From Euglena gracilis (Eukaryota), in contig CP154954.1 of the NCBI GenBank assembly GCA_039621445.1, positions 36,193,703 through 36,257,702 on the forward strand: 64,000 nucleotides of DNA. Reading direction: 5' to 3'. The position numbers and the translations under genes are program-made. Of this stretch, positions 48,201 to 61,900 are shown one piece after another; within the stretch, counting starts at the first letter, position 1; every line of letters begins with the position of its first letter. The notes beneath the pieces were generated by a model that did no database searches, had not been told where the DNA came from, and was given only the letters and a program-made list of their open reading frames with translations.

Positions 48201-50481
48201 CCTGGGCTGACCTGGTAAACGTCCCCCGGAATGGTCGAATACACCCATCTAAATGTGCTCATTTCTTGCAACCAACATTCCCGCTGCATGTTTTTCTTAC
48301 CGTTAAACCGCGACAATCATGAAACCAACGGGTCCCCTGACTTTGGAGGCCTCCTCCAACACCCATTCGGTTACTCGGAGTAAGGCTCAGTTTGGTCCAT
48401 TTTTACACGGTAACCTGGGCTGACCTGGTAAATGTCCCCCGGAGTTGTCGAATGCACCCCTCTAAATGTGCTCATTTCTTGCAAGAAACATTCCCGCTGC
48501 ATGTTCTTCTTACCATTGAACCACGACAATCATGAAACCAACGGGTCCCCTGACTCTGGAGGCCTCCTGGAACACCCATTCGGTTACTCGGAGTAAGGCC
48601 CATTTTGGTCCATTTTTACGTGGTAACCTGGGCTGACCTGGAAAATGTCCCCCGGAATGGTCGAATGCACCCATCTAAATGTGCTCATATCTTGCAACAA
48701 ACATTCCCGCTGCATGTTTTTCTTACCGTTAAACGGCGATAATCATGAAACCAACGGGTCCCAGGACTTTGGAGGCCTCCTGGAACACCCATTCGGTTAC
48801 TCGGAGTAAGGCCCAATTTGGACCATTTTTGCACGGTAACCTGGGCGGACCTGGTAAACGTCCCCGGGATTGGTCGAATGCACCCATCTAAATGTGCTCA
48901 TTTCTTGCAACCAACATTCCCGGTGCATGTTCTTCTTACCATTGAACCACGACAATCATGAAACCAAGGGGTCCCCTGACTTTGGAGGCCTCCTGGAACA
49001 CCCATTCGGTTACTCGTAGTAAGGCCCAATTTGGTCCATTTGTACATGGTAACCTGGGCTGACCTGGTAAATGTCCCCAGGAATGGTCGAATGCACCCAT
49101 CTAAATGTGCTCATTTTCTGCAACCAACATTCCCGCTGCATGTTTTCCTTACCACTAAACCACGACAATCATGAAACCAACGGGTCCCCTGACTTTGGAT
49201 GCCTCCTGGCACCCCCATTCGGCTACTCGGTGTAAGGCCCCTTTTGGTTCATTTTTACGTGGTAACCTGGGGTGACCTGGTAAGTGTCATCCGTAACGAT
49301 CGAATGCACCAATCAAAATGTGCTCATTTCTTGCAACCAACATTTCCGCTGCATATTCTTCTCACCATTAAACCACCACAATCATGAAACCAACCGGTCC
49401 CCTGATCTTTGGAGGCTTCCTGGAACACCCATTCGGTTACTCGAAGTAAGGCCCAATTCTGTCCATTTTTACATGGCAATGGGCTGACCTGGTAAATGTC
49501 CCCCAGAACGGTCGAATGCACCCATCTAAATGTGCTCATTTCTTGCAACCAACATACCCGCCGCATTTTTTTCTTACCATTGAACCACGACAATTACGAA
49601 ACCAATGGGTCCCCTGACCTTGGAGGCCTCCTGGAACACCCATTCGGTTACTCGGAGTAAGGCCCAATTTGGTCCGTTTTTACGTGGTCACCTGGGCTGA
49701 CCGGGTAAACGTCCCCCGGAATGGTCGAATTCACCCATCTAAATGTGCTCATTCCTTGCAACCAACATTCCCGCTGCATGTTTTTCTTAACGTTAAACCA
49801 AGACAATTATGAAAGCAACGGGTCCCCTGATCTTTGGAGGCCTCCTGGAACACCCATTCGGTTACTTGGAGTAAGGCCCCTTTGGTACATTTTTACGTGG
49901 TAACCTGGGCTGACCTGGTAAATGTCCCCCGGAATGGTCGAATGCACCCGTCTAAATGTGCTCATTTCTTGCAACCAACATTCCCGCTGCATGTTTTTCT
50001 TACCATTAAACCACGACAATGATGAAAACAACGGGTGCCTTTACTTTGGAGGCCTCCTGGAACACCCATTCGGTTACTCGGAGTAACGCCCATTTTGGTC
50101 CATTTTTACGTGGCAACCTGGGCTGACCTGGTAAATGTCCCCCGGAAAGGTCGAATGCACCCCTCTAAATGTGCTCATTTCTGGCAACCAACATTCCCGC
50201 TGCATGTTTTTCTTACCATTAAACCACGACAATGAAGAAAACAACGGGTGCCTTTACTTTGGAGGCCTCCTGGAAGACCCATTCGGTTACTCGGAGTAAG
50301 GCCCCTTTTGGTCCATTTTTACGTGGTAACCTGGGCTGACCTGGTAAACGTCCCCCGGAATGGTCGAATGCACCCATCTAAATGTGGTCACTTCTTCCAA
50401 CCAACATTCCCGTTGCATGTGTTTTTTAACACTAAACCACGACTTTAATGAAACCCACGGGTCCCCAGACTTTAGGGGCCT
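45293..50481 (-). repeat. Satellite B reverse block, about 24 copies, divergence rising toward 50481
   Basis: Reverse-complement monomers (GGTTACTCGGAGTAAGGCCC...TGGTAACCTGGGCTGACCTGGTAAATG). Confidence 0.97.
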
Positions 50482-50670
50482 GGTGTTCCAGGAGGCCTCC
50501 AAAGTCAGGGGACTTAATGGTAAGTCACGTCTTAATGGTAAGAAAGAACTTACAGCGGAAATGCGCACATTTAGATGGGTGCATTCGACCATTCCGGGGG
50601 ACATTTTCCAGGTCAGCCCAGGTTACCATGTAAAAATGGACCAAATTGGGCCTTACTCCGAGTAACGGAA
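50482..50670 (+). repeat. Single rearranged forward satellite B monomer
   Basis: GGTGTTCCAGGAGGCCTCCAAAGTCAGGGGAC...TTACTCCGAGTAACGGAA with an internal deletion and duplicated TTAATGGTAAG. Confidence 0.9.
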
Positions 50671-52940
50671 TGTATGTGGTTGACTGGTGGTGAGGATCGT
50701 ACTGAGCCGTGAAACACGGTGAAATTACTGTTCCTGGCCTCTAGCCAACCTTTACGCACGGATAAAGGTCTCAGGAGGCTCTGTTCGGTAATCGCCGATA
50801 CAACCTTTCTGGTCCCTGTTTTTTTGCATATTTCGGAGTGTTTTTCGGTTTTTGCCTTTTTACCCATCTCGAAAGATGCAAAGCACAACCCCCAACCACA
50901 ATTTTGATTAGGATTTGTTGATGAGTTCATTGAGCAATCTTGATGAAGATTACGGGGATTGGAAGGGTTCGAATGAAACAAGTTCCAATTCCCGATCCCC
51001 CAAGCAACAAGAAGGCACATTGCATCAATTGTCATTGTCACAAGGCGAAACGCCTTTATTGTTGCAAGGGGGCGATGATCCCTCTTCGTCATCATTGTCA
51101 TTGATTGTGCGGGATGTAGGTGGCAAAATGCATTCATCCATCCCGGTTCACCCATCATTGATGCGGCGAGGGTATTACCCCCTTGCAACTTCACACTTGG
51201 TTACTCGTGTTACCCATGAACAAAGTGAGGGGTATGTGCCCTTTGCTCTGTTGCCACACAAAAGAACCCTGGTGGAAACACCGGTGGGCCTTATGGAGTG
51301 CAACTCGGTGGAAACACGGTGTTTTTTTCCAACCCCCCCCTCAATTTCCACCCCCCACACCATTTCGCGCATTGCCGGGATTCCCTGCGGAAACTGCGGT
51401 TTTCCCTGCATTGCCATGAAACCCAGATATGCGTCTGGTGATACCGGAAATCTCTGGTGTCGTTTCCGTTGTGGAGGACTATGAGTAAGATTTGAGGGAT
51501 AACATCACCCCCGGTGATGTTTTCTGAATTCTTGGTCAACTTCCAGCGGATAACCCGCTAAACAAACAAATTTTGCTTGTCCACCAATGTGTTGCGGAAT
51601 GTGCAACCATGCTGAAAAAGTTTTGGCAGTTTGTTGAGGACAATCAAAGGGTTGTCAACACCAAACTGAGTATTGTTGGAATTATTTGCAGGAAATCGGC
51701 AAATGTTGCCAACACAATTTCGAAAATGCGGCGAAAGACCTTCAGCATTTCCGAGAAAGTGTTGACGGTATTTTACGCATCCAACTCCCACAAAACTTCC
51801 AACAAATCAGTGAAACACTGCATGAAGCGCAAACGCGGAATGATTCCAAGTTTCTGCATGTACAAGATGGTATGAGTCATCTTTTTGCCAAGGTGGAGTC
51901 TTGTTCAACAATGCTACTGCAATTGCAGCACCACTTACAAGCGCAAAATGCCACCCCCAAAATGCCGGAAATCGGTAACTTTGTTCGCGGTTGAGCGTTT
52001 TGCCGCACTCACCACTTCTTTCCAAGAAGCCCAACAGCGGATTTTGCATCTTTTCTCGGAAACCGAGCATTTGAAGCAATTCCAGGCGAGAGTGCAAGAA
52101 AATTTTGTTCCCCGTACGCAAATTCAGCTTTTAGAGGAACACATCCTACACTTGGAGCAGAAATACTGCCATTGTGCCGCAAATCGGGATGGATTAACCT
52201 CCTTGAACGCGAAAATCGCGGATTGCGCACAACGGTTGGATTTCGCACAAAAACAATCTCAAACGGACATTGGCGGTATTAATGCCATCGTTGTCGGTTT
52301 GCAGGAGCATGTTTCCGCACTTTCCAAGCGAACTGTGGTATTCAAGCCGCTATTGGGGAATTACAAACCCCGTTGCACCTTGTTGTCCTCCACCGTAGCG
52401 GAAATCCGCTCACTCCTACCCGTTTCGCGTGCTCGGATATCCGAGTCACCGCAATTTTGCATCATTTTATGACAAAATGCTTGGTGACAACAAGGAAACC
52501 TTGCAAGCATTTTGCACAAGTTTGCTCGAACTTGAGGAATCGGTGAATCAGAATGCCCGATCCATGTAAGATGAGGTTTCGCGGTTGGATGGACGAATTT
52601 CTGCGTTGTTGGAAAAGCCAACCGCGGAAAATTCCACGGTGGAAACTCCCATTAAGACACTCCACCAATTGCAAAACATCTCAAATGCGGTAAACGCGCT
52701 TGCGGTTCCACTCCGGAATGTGGAGGAGTCCCAAGGAAAGTTTGTCGAAGATTTGCACTTGGTTTCTGAAAAGTTGCCACACTTGGAAGATTTTTCTCGT
52801 TACCGCAAACACATTCGGCATTTGGAGACTGAGGTTGACCGTATTTGCGGCCAACTCAAGTTGGTGGAGCATTTGGAAGAAACGGTGCATGACGTGTCCG
52901 CGAGTTTGGAAAAAATGTCCACTCCGGTACCGGTCATGGT
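50671..52940 (+). mobile_element. Decayed retroelement fragment E5: putative 122 bp mini-LTR (50671-50792) plus gag-like region
   Basis: TGTAT...ATACA terminal inverted repeat at the satellite junction, TGGTCCCTG 7 nt later, then a frameshifted coiled-coil ORF cut by satellite B. Confidence 0.55.
50876..52940 (+). pseudogene. Frameshifted long coiled-coil ORF (gag/ORF1-like), about 690 codons surviving
   Basis: ATG at 50876 with an early TAG, then consecutive overlapping ORF pieces (50915, 51573, 51686, 51885, 52585) with heptad-like helical sequence, e.g. YRKHIRHLETEVDRICGQLKLVEHLEETVHDVSASLEK. Confidence 0.65.
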
Positions 52941-52941
52941 A

Positions 52942-55900
52942 CCGCTGCATGTTTTTCTTCTTTTCTTCACCATTTTACCACGAAAATGATGAAACCAACG
53001 GGACCCCGGATTTGGAGGCCTCCTGGAGCACCCATTCGGTTACTCGGAGTAAGGCCCAGTTTGGTCCATTTTTACATGGTAACCTGGGCTAACCTGGTTT
53101 ATGTTCCCCGGAATGGTCGAATGCACCCATCTAAATGTACTCATGTCAGTACACCAACATTCCCGCTGCATGTTTTTCTAATAATTAAACCACGACAATC
53201 ATGAAACCAACGGGTACCCTGACTTTGGCGGCCTCCTGGAACACCCATTCGGTTACTCGGAGTAAGGCCCATTTTGGTCCATTTTTACATGGTAACCTGG
53301 GCTGACCTATTAAATGTCCCCCGGAATGGTCGAATGCACCCATCTAAATGTGCTCATTTCTTGCAACCAACATTCCCGCTGCATGTTTTTCTTACCATTA
53401 CACCACGACAATCATGAAACCAACGTGTCCCCTGGTTTTGGAGGCGGCCTGGAAAACCCATTCGGTTACTCGGAGTAAGGCCCAATTTGGTCCATTTTTA
53501 CATGGTAACCTGGGATGACCTGTTAAATGTCCCCCCGGGGTCGAATGCACCCATCTAAATGTGCTCATTTCTTGCAACCAACATTCCCGCTGCATGTGTT
53601 TCTTACCATTAAACCACGACAATCATGAAACCAACGGGTCCCCTGACTTTGGAGGGCTCCTGGAACACCCAATCCGTTACTGGGAGTATTTTTACATGGT
53701 AACCTGGGCTGACCTATTAAATGTCCCCCGGAATGGTCGAATGCACCCATCTAAATGTGCTCATTTCTTGCAACCAACATTCCCGCTGCATGTTTTTCTT
53801 ACACCACGACAATCATGAAACCAACGTGTCCCCTGGTTTTGGAGGCGGCCTGGAAAACCCATTCGGTTACTCGGAGTAAGGCCCAATTTGGTCCATTTTG
53901 ACACGGTTACCTGGGATGACCTGGTAAATGTGCCCCCGGGGTCGAATGCACCCATCTAAATGTGCTCATTTCTTGCAACCAACATTCCCGCTGCATGTTT
54001 TTCTTACCATTACACCACGACAATCATGAAACCAACGGTTCCCCTGGTTTTGGTGGCAACCTGGAAAACCCATTCGGTTACTTGGAGTAAGGCCCAATTT
54101 GGTCCATTTTTACATGGTAACCTGGGCTGACCTGGTAAATGTCCCCCCGGGGTCGAATGCACCCATCTAAATGTGCTCATTTCTTAAAACCAACATTCCC
54201 GCTGCATGTTTTTCTTACCATTATACCACGACAATCATGAAACCAACGGGTCCCCTGACTTTGGAGGCCTCCTGGAACACCCAATCTGTTACTCGGAGTA
54301 AGCCCCAATTTGGTCCATTTTTACATGGTAACCTGGGCTGACCTATTAAATGTCCCCCGGAATGGTCGAATGCACCCATCTAAGTGTGCTCATTTCTTGC
54401 AACCAACATTCCCGCTGCATGTTTTTCTTACCATTACACCACGACAATCATGAAACCAACGTGTCCCCTGGTTTTGGAAGCGGCCTGGAAAACCCATTCG
54501 GTTACTCGGAGTAAGGCCCAATTTGGTCCATTTTTACATGGTAACCTGTGATGACCTGGTAAATGTCTCCCCGGGGTCGAATGCACCCATCTAAATGTGC
54601 TCATTTCTTAAAACCAACATTCCCGCTGCATGTGTTTCTTACCATTAAACCACGACAATCATGAAACCAACGGGTCCCCTGACTTTGGAGGCCTCCTGGA
54701 ACACCCAATCCGTTACTAGGAGTAAGCCCCAATTTGGTCCATTTTTACATGGTAACCTGGGCTGACCTGGTAAATGTCACCGGGAATGGTCGAACGCACC
54801 CATCTAAATGTGCTCATTTCTTGCAACCAACATTCCCGCTGCATTTTTTTCTTACCATTACACCACGACAATCATGAAACCAACGTATCCCCTGGTTTTG
54901 GTGGCAACCTGGAAAACCCATTCGGTTACTCGGAGTAAGGCCCAATTTGGTCCATTTTTACATGGTAACCTGGGATGACCTGGTAAATGTCCCCCCGGGG
55001 TCGAATGCACCCATCTAAATGTGCTCATTTCTTGCAAACAACATTCCCGCTGCATGTTTTTCTTACCATTAAACCACGACAATCATCAAACCAACGGGTC
55101 CCCTGACTTTGGAGGCCTCCTGGAACACCCCTTCCGTTACTCGGAGTAAGCCCCAATTTGATCCATTTTTACAACATGGGCTGACCTGGTAAATGTCCCC
55201 CGGAATGGTCGAATGCACCCATCTAAATGTGCTCATTTCTTGCAACCAACATTCCCGCTGCATGTTTTTCTTACCATTAAACCACCACAGTCATGAAACC
55301 AACGGGTCCCCTGTCTTTGGAGGCCTCCTGGAACACCCATTCAGTTACTCGGAGTAAGGCCCAATTTGGTCCATTTTTACATGGTAACCTGGGCTGACCT
55401 GGTAAATGTCCCCCGGAATGGTCAAATGCACCCATCTAAATGTGCTCATTTCCTGCAACCGACATTCCCGCTGCATGTGTTTCTTACCATTAAACCACGA
55501 CAATCATGAAAACAACGGGTCCCCTGACTTTGGAGGCCTCCTGGAACGCCCATTCGGTTACTCAGAGTAAGGCCTAATTTGGTCCATTTTTACGTGGTAA
55601 ACTGGATTGACCTGGTAAATGTCCCCAGGAATGGTCGAATGCACCCATCTAAATGTGCTCATTTCTTGCAACCAACATTCCCGCTGCATGTGTTTCTTAC
55701 CCTTAATCTACGACAATCATGAAACCAACGGGTCCCCTAACTTTGGAGGCCTTCTGGAACACCCATTCAGTTACTCGGAGAAAGGCCCAATTTGGTCCAT
55801 TTTTACGTGGTAACCTGGGCTGACCTGGTAAATGTCCCCCGGAATGGACGGATGCACTCATCTAAATGTGCTCATTTCTTGCAACCAACATTCCCGCTGC

Positions 55901-58900
55901 ATGTGTTTCTTACCATTAATGTACGACAATCATGAAACCAACGGGTCCCCTGACTTTGGAGGCCTCCTGGAACACCCATTCAGTTACTCGGAGAAAGGCC
56001 CAATTTGATCCATTTTTACGTCGTAACCTGGGCTGACCTGCTAAGTGTCCCCCGGAATGGTCGAATGCACCCATCTAAATGTGCTCATTTCTTGCAACCA
56101 ACATTCCCGCTGCATGTTTTTCTTACCATTAAACCACGACAATCATGACACCAACGGGTCCCCTGACTTTGGAGGCGGCCTGGAACACCCATTCGGTTAC
56201 TCGGAGTAAGGCCCAATTTGGTCCATTTTTACATGGTAACCTGGGCTGACATGGTAAATGTCCTCCGGAAATGTCGAATGCACCCATCTAAATGTGCTCA
56301 TTTCTTGCAACCAACATTCCCGCTGCATGTGTTTCTTACCATTAAACCACGACAATCATGAAACCAACGGGTCCCCTAACTTTGGAGGCCTCCTGGAACA
56401 CCCATTCGGTTACTCGGAGTAAGGCCCAATTTGGTCGACTTTTACATGGTAACCTGGGCTGACCTGGTAAATGTCTCCCGGAATGGTCGAGTGCACCCAT
56501 CTAAATGTGCTCATTTCTTGCAACCAACATTCCCGCTGCATGTTTTTCTTACCATTAAACCACGACAATCATGAAACCAACGGGTCCCCTGACTTTGGAG
56601 GCCTCCTGGAACACCCAATCTGTTACTCGGAGTAAGCCCCAATTTGGTCCATTTTTACATGGTAACCTGGGCTGACCTATTAAATGTCCCCCGGAATGGT
56701 CGAATGCACCCATCTAAGTGTGCTCATTTCTTGCAACCAACATTCCCGCTGCATGTTTTTCTTACCATTACACCACGACAATCATGAAACCAACGTGTCC
56801 CCTGGTTTTGGAAGCGGCCTGGAAAACCCATTCGGTTACTCGGAGTAAGGCCCAATTTGGTCCATTTTTACATGGTAACCTGTGATGACCTGGTAAATGT
56901 CTCCCCGGGGTCGAATGCACCCATCTAAATGTGCTCATTTCTTAAAACCAACATTCCCGCTGCATGTGTTTCTTACCATTAAACCACGACAATCATGAAA
57001 CCAACGGGTCCCCTGACTTTGGAGGCCTCCTGGAACACCCAATCCGTTACTAGGAGTAAGCCCCAATTTGGTCCATTTTTACATGGTAACCTGGGCTGAC
57101 CTGGTAAATGTCACCGGGAATGGTCGAACGCACCCATCTAAATGTGCTCATTTCTTGCAACCAACATTCCCGCTGCATTTTGTTCTTACCATTACACCAC
57201 GACAATCATGAAACCAACGTATCCCCTGGTTTTGGTGGCAACCTGGAAAACCCATTCGGTTACTCGGAGTAAGGCCCAATTTGGTCCATTTTTACATGGT
57301 AACCTGGGATGACCTGGTAAATGTCCCCCCGGGGTCGAATGCACCCATCTAAATGTGCTCATTTCTTGCAAACAACATTCCCGCTGCATGTTTTTCTTAT
57401 CATTAAACCACGACAATCATGAAACCAACGGGTCCCCTGACTTTGGAGGCCTCCTGGAACACCCCTTCCGTTACTCGGAGTAAGCCCCAATTTGATCCAT
57501 TTTTACAACCTGGGCTGACCTGGTAAATGTCCCCCGGAATGGTCGAATGCACCCATCTAAATGTGCTCATTTCTTGCAACCAACATTCCCGCTGCATGTT
57601 TTTCTTACCATTAAACCACCACAGTCATGAAACCAACGGGTCCCCTGTCTTTGGAGGCCTCCTGGAACACCCATTCAGTTACTCGGAGTAAGGCCCAATT
57701 TGGTCCATTTTTTCATGGTAACCTGGGCTGACCTGGTAAATGTCCCCCGGAATGGTCAAATGCACCCATCTAAATGTGCTCATTTCCTGCAACCGACATT
57801 CCCGCTGCATGTGTTTCTTACCATTAAACCACGACAATCATGAAACCAACGGGTCCCCTAACTTTGGAGGCCTTCTGGAACACCCATTCAGTTACTCGGA
57901 GAAAGGCCCAATTTGGTCCATTTTTACGTGGTAACCTGGGCTGACCTGGTAAATGTCCCCGGGAATGGACGGATGCACTCATCTAAATGTGCTCATTTCT
58001 TGCAACCAACATTCCCGCTGCATGTGTTTCCTACCATTAATGTACGACAATCATGAAACCAACGGGTCCCCTGACTTTGGAGGCCTCCTGGAACACCCAT
58101 TCAGTTACTCGGAGAAAGGCCCAATTTGATCCATTTTTACGTGGTAACCTGGGCTGACCTGCTAAGTGTCCCCCGGAATGGTCGAATGCACCCATCTAAA
58201 TGTGCTCATTTCTTGCAATCAACATTCCCGCTGCATGTTTTTCTTACCATTAAACCACGACAATCATGACACCAACGGGTCCCCTGACTTTGGAGGCGGC
58301 CTGGAACACCCATTCGGTTACTCGGAGTAAGGCCCAATTTGGTCCATTTTTACATGGTAACCTGGGCTGACATGGTAAATGTCCTCCGGAAATGTCGAAT
58401 GCACCCATCTAAATGTGCTCATTTCTTGCAACCAACATTCCCGCTGCATGTGTTTCTTACCATTAAACCACGACAATCATGAAACCAACGGGTCCCCTAA
58501 CTTTGGAGGCCTCCTGGAACACCCATTCGGTTACTCGGAGTAAGGCCCAATTTGGTCGACTTTTACATGGTAACCTGGGCTGACCTGGTAAATGTCTCCC
58601 GGAATGGTCGAGTGCACCCATCTAAATGTGCTCATTTCTTGCAACCAACATTCCCGCTGCATGTTTTCCTTACCATTAAACCACGAAAATCCTGACACCA
58701 ACGGGTCCCTTGACTTTGGAGGCCTCCTGGAACACCCATTCGGTTACTCGGAGTAAGGCTTAATTTGGTCCATTTTTACGTGGTAAACTGGGCTGGTAAA
58801 TGTCCCCCGGAATGGTCAAATGCACCCATCTAAATGTGCTCATTTCTTGCAACCAACATTCCCGCTGCATGTTTTTCTTACCAGTAAACCACGACAATTA

Positions 58901-61900
58901 TGAAACCAACGGGTCCCCTGACTTTGGAGGCCTCCTGGAGCACCCATTCGGTTACTCGGAGTAAGGCCCAATTTGGTCCATTTTTACGTGGTAACCTGGG
59001 CTGACCTGGTAAATGTCCCCCGAAATGGTCGAACGCACCCATCTAAATGTGCTCATTTTTTGCAACCAACATTCCCGCTGCATGTTTTTCTTACCAGTAA
59101 ACCACGACAATTATGAAACCAACGGGTCCCCTGACTTTGGAGGCCTCCTGGAACACCCATTCGGTTACTCTGTGTAAGGCACATTTTGGTCCACGTTTAC
59201 ATGATAACCTGGGCTGACCTGGTAAATGTCCCCCGGAATGGTCGAATGCACCCATCTAAATGTGCTGATCTCTTGCAACCAACATTCCCGCTGCATGTTG
59301 TTCTTACCATTACACCACGACAATCATGAAACCAACGGGTCCCCTGACTTTGGAGGCCTCCTGGAACACCCATTCCGTTACTCGGAGTAAGCCCCAATTT
59401 GGTCCATTTTTACATGGTAACCTGGGATGACCTGGTAAATGTTCCCCCGGGGTCGAATGCACCCATCTAAATGTGCTCATTTCTTTTCAACCAACATTCC
59501 CGCTGCATGTTTTTCTTACCATTAAACCACGACAATCATGAAACCAACGTGTCCCCTGACTTTGGCGTTGTCCTGGAACACCCATTCGGTTACACGGAGT
59601 AAGGCCCAATTTGGTCCATTTTTACATGGTAACCTGGGATGACCTGTTAAATGTCCCCCCGGGGTCGAATGCACCCATCTAAATGTGCTCATTTCTTGCA
59701 ACCAACATTCCCGCTGCATGTTTTTCTTACCATTAAACCACGACAATCATTAAACCAACGGGTCCCCTGACTTTGGAGGCCTCCTGGAACACCCAATCCG
59801 TTACTCGGAGTAAGCCCCAATTTGGTCCATTTTTACATGGTAACCTGGGCTGACCTATTAAATGTCCCCCGGAATGGTCGAATGCACCCATCTAAATGTG
59901 CTCATTTCTTGCAACCAACATTCTTGCTGCATGTTTTTCTTACCATTACACCACGACAATCATGAAACCAACGTGTCCCCTGGTTTTGGAGGCGGCCTGG
60001 AAAACCCATTCGGTTACTCGGAGTAAGGCCCAATTTGGTCCATTTTTACATGGTAACCTGTGATGACCTGGTAAATGTGCCCCCGGGGTCGAATGCACCC
60101 ATCTAAATGTGCTCATTTCTTGCAACCAACATTCCCGCTGCATGTTTTTCTTACCATTACACCACGACAATCATGAAACCAACGTATCCCCTGGTTTTGG
60201 TGGCAACCTGGAAAACCCATTCGGTTACTTGGAGTAAGGCCCAATTTGGTCCATTTTTACATGGTAACCTGGGTTGACCTGGTAAATGTCCCCCCGGGGT
60301 CGAATGCACCCATCTAAATGTGCTCATTTCTTAAAACCAACATTCCCGCTGCATGTGTTTCTTACCATTAAACCACGACAATCATGAAACCAACGGGTCC
60401 CCTGACTTTGGAGGCCTCCTGGAACACCCGATCCGTTACTCGGAGTAAGCCCCAATTTGGTCCATTTTTACATGGTAACCTGGACTGACCTATTAAATGT
60501 CCCACGGAATGGTCGAATGCACCCATCTAAATGTGCTGATCTCTTGCAACCAACATTCCCGCTGCATGCTTTTCTTACCATTACACCACGACAATCATGA
60601 AACCAAAGTGTCCCCTGGTTTTGGAGGCGGCCTGGAAAACCCATTCGGTTACTCGGAGTAAGGCCCAATTTGGTCCATTTTTACATGGTAACCTGGGATG
60701 ACCTGTTAAATGTCCCCCCGGGGTCGAATGCACCCATCTAAATGTGCTCATTTCTTGCAACCAACATTCCCGCTGCATGTGTTTCTTACCATTAAACCAC
60801 GACAATCATGAAACCAACGGGTCCCCTGACTTTGGAGGCCTCCTGGAACACCCAATCCGTTACTGGGAGTAAGCCCCAATTTGGTCCATTTTTACATGGT
60901 AACCTGGGCTGACCTGGTAAATGTCCCCCCGGGGTCGAATGCACCCTTCTAAATGTGCTCATTTCTTAAAACCAACATTCCCGCTGCATGTTTTTCTTAC
61001 CACTAATCCACGACAATCATGAAACCAACGGGTCCCCTGACTTTGGAGGCCTCCTGGAACACCCATTCGGTTACTCGGAGTACGAGGTAACCTGGGCTGA
61101 CCTGTTAAATGTCCCCCGGAATGGTCGAATGCACCCATCTAAGTGTGCTGATTTCTTGCAGCCAATATTCCCGCTGCATGTTCTCTTTACCATTACACCA
61201 CGAAAATCATGAAACCAACGTGTCCCCTGGTTTTGGAGGCGGCCTGGAAAACCCATTCGGTTACTCGGAGTAAGGCCCAATTTGGTCCATTTTTACATGG
61301 TAACCTGTGATGACCTGGTATATGTCCCCCCGGGGTCGAATGCACCCATCTAAATGTGCTCATTTCTTAAAACCAACATTCCCGCTGCATGTGTGTCTTA
61401 CCATTAAACCACGACAATCATGAAACCAACGGGTCCCCTGACTTTGGAGGCCTCCTGGAACACCCAATCCGTTACTAGGAGTAAGCCCCAATTTGGTCCA
61501 TTTTTACATGGTAACCTGGGCTGACCTGGTAAATGTCCCCCGGAATGGTCGAATGCACCCATCTAAATGTGCTCATTTCTTGCAACCAACATTCCCGCTG
61601 CATTTCTATCTTACCATTACACCACGACAATCATGAAACCAACGTATCCCCTGGTTTTGGTGGCAACCTGGAAAACCCATTCGGTTACTCGGAGTAAGGC
61701 CCAATTTGGTCCATTTTTACATGGTAACCTGGGATGACCTGGTAAATGTCCCCCCGGGGTCGAATGCACCCATCTAAATGTGCTCATTTCTTGCAAACAA
61801 CATTCCCGCTGCATGTTTTTCTTACCATTAAACCACGACAATCATGAAACCAACGGGTCCCCTGACTTTGGAGGCCTCCTGGAACACCCCTTCCGTTACT

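Noticed and set aside
50690-50730. Hammerhead ribozyme (stem followed by GAAA)
   Set aside because: The CUGANGA core is absent and stems I and III cannot be formed convincingly.
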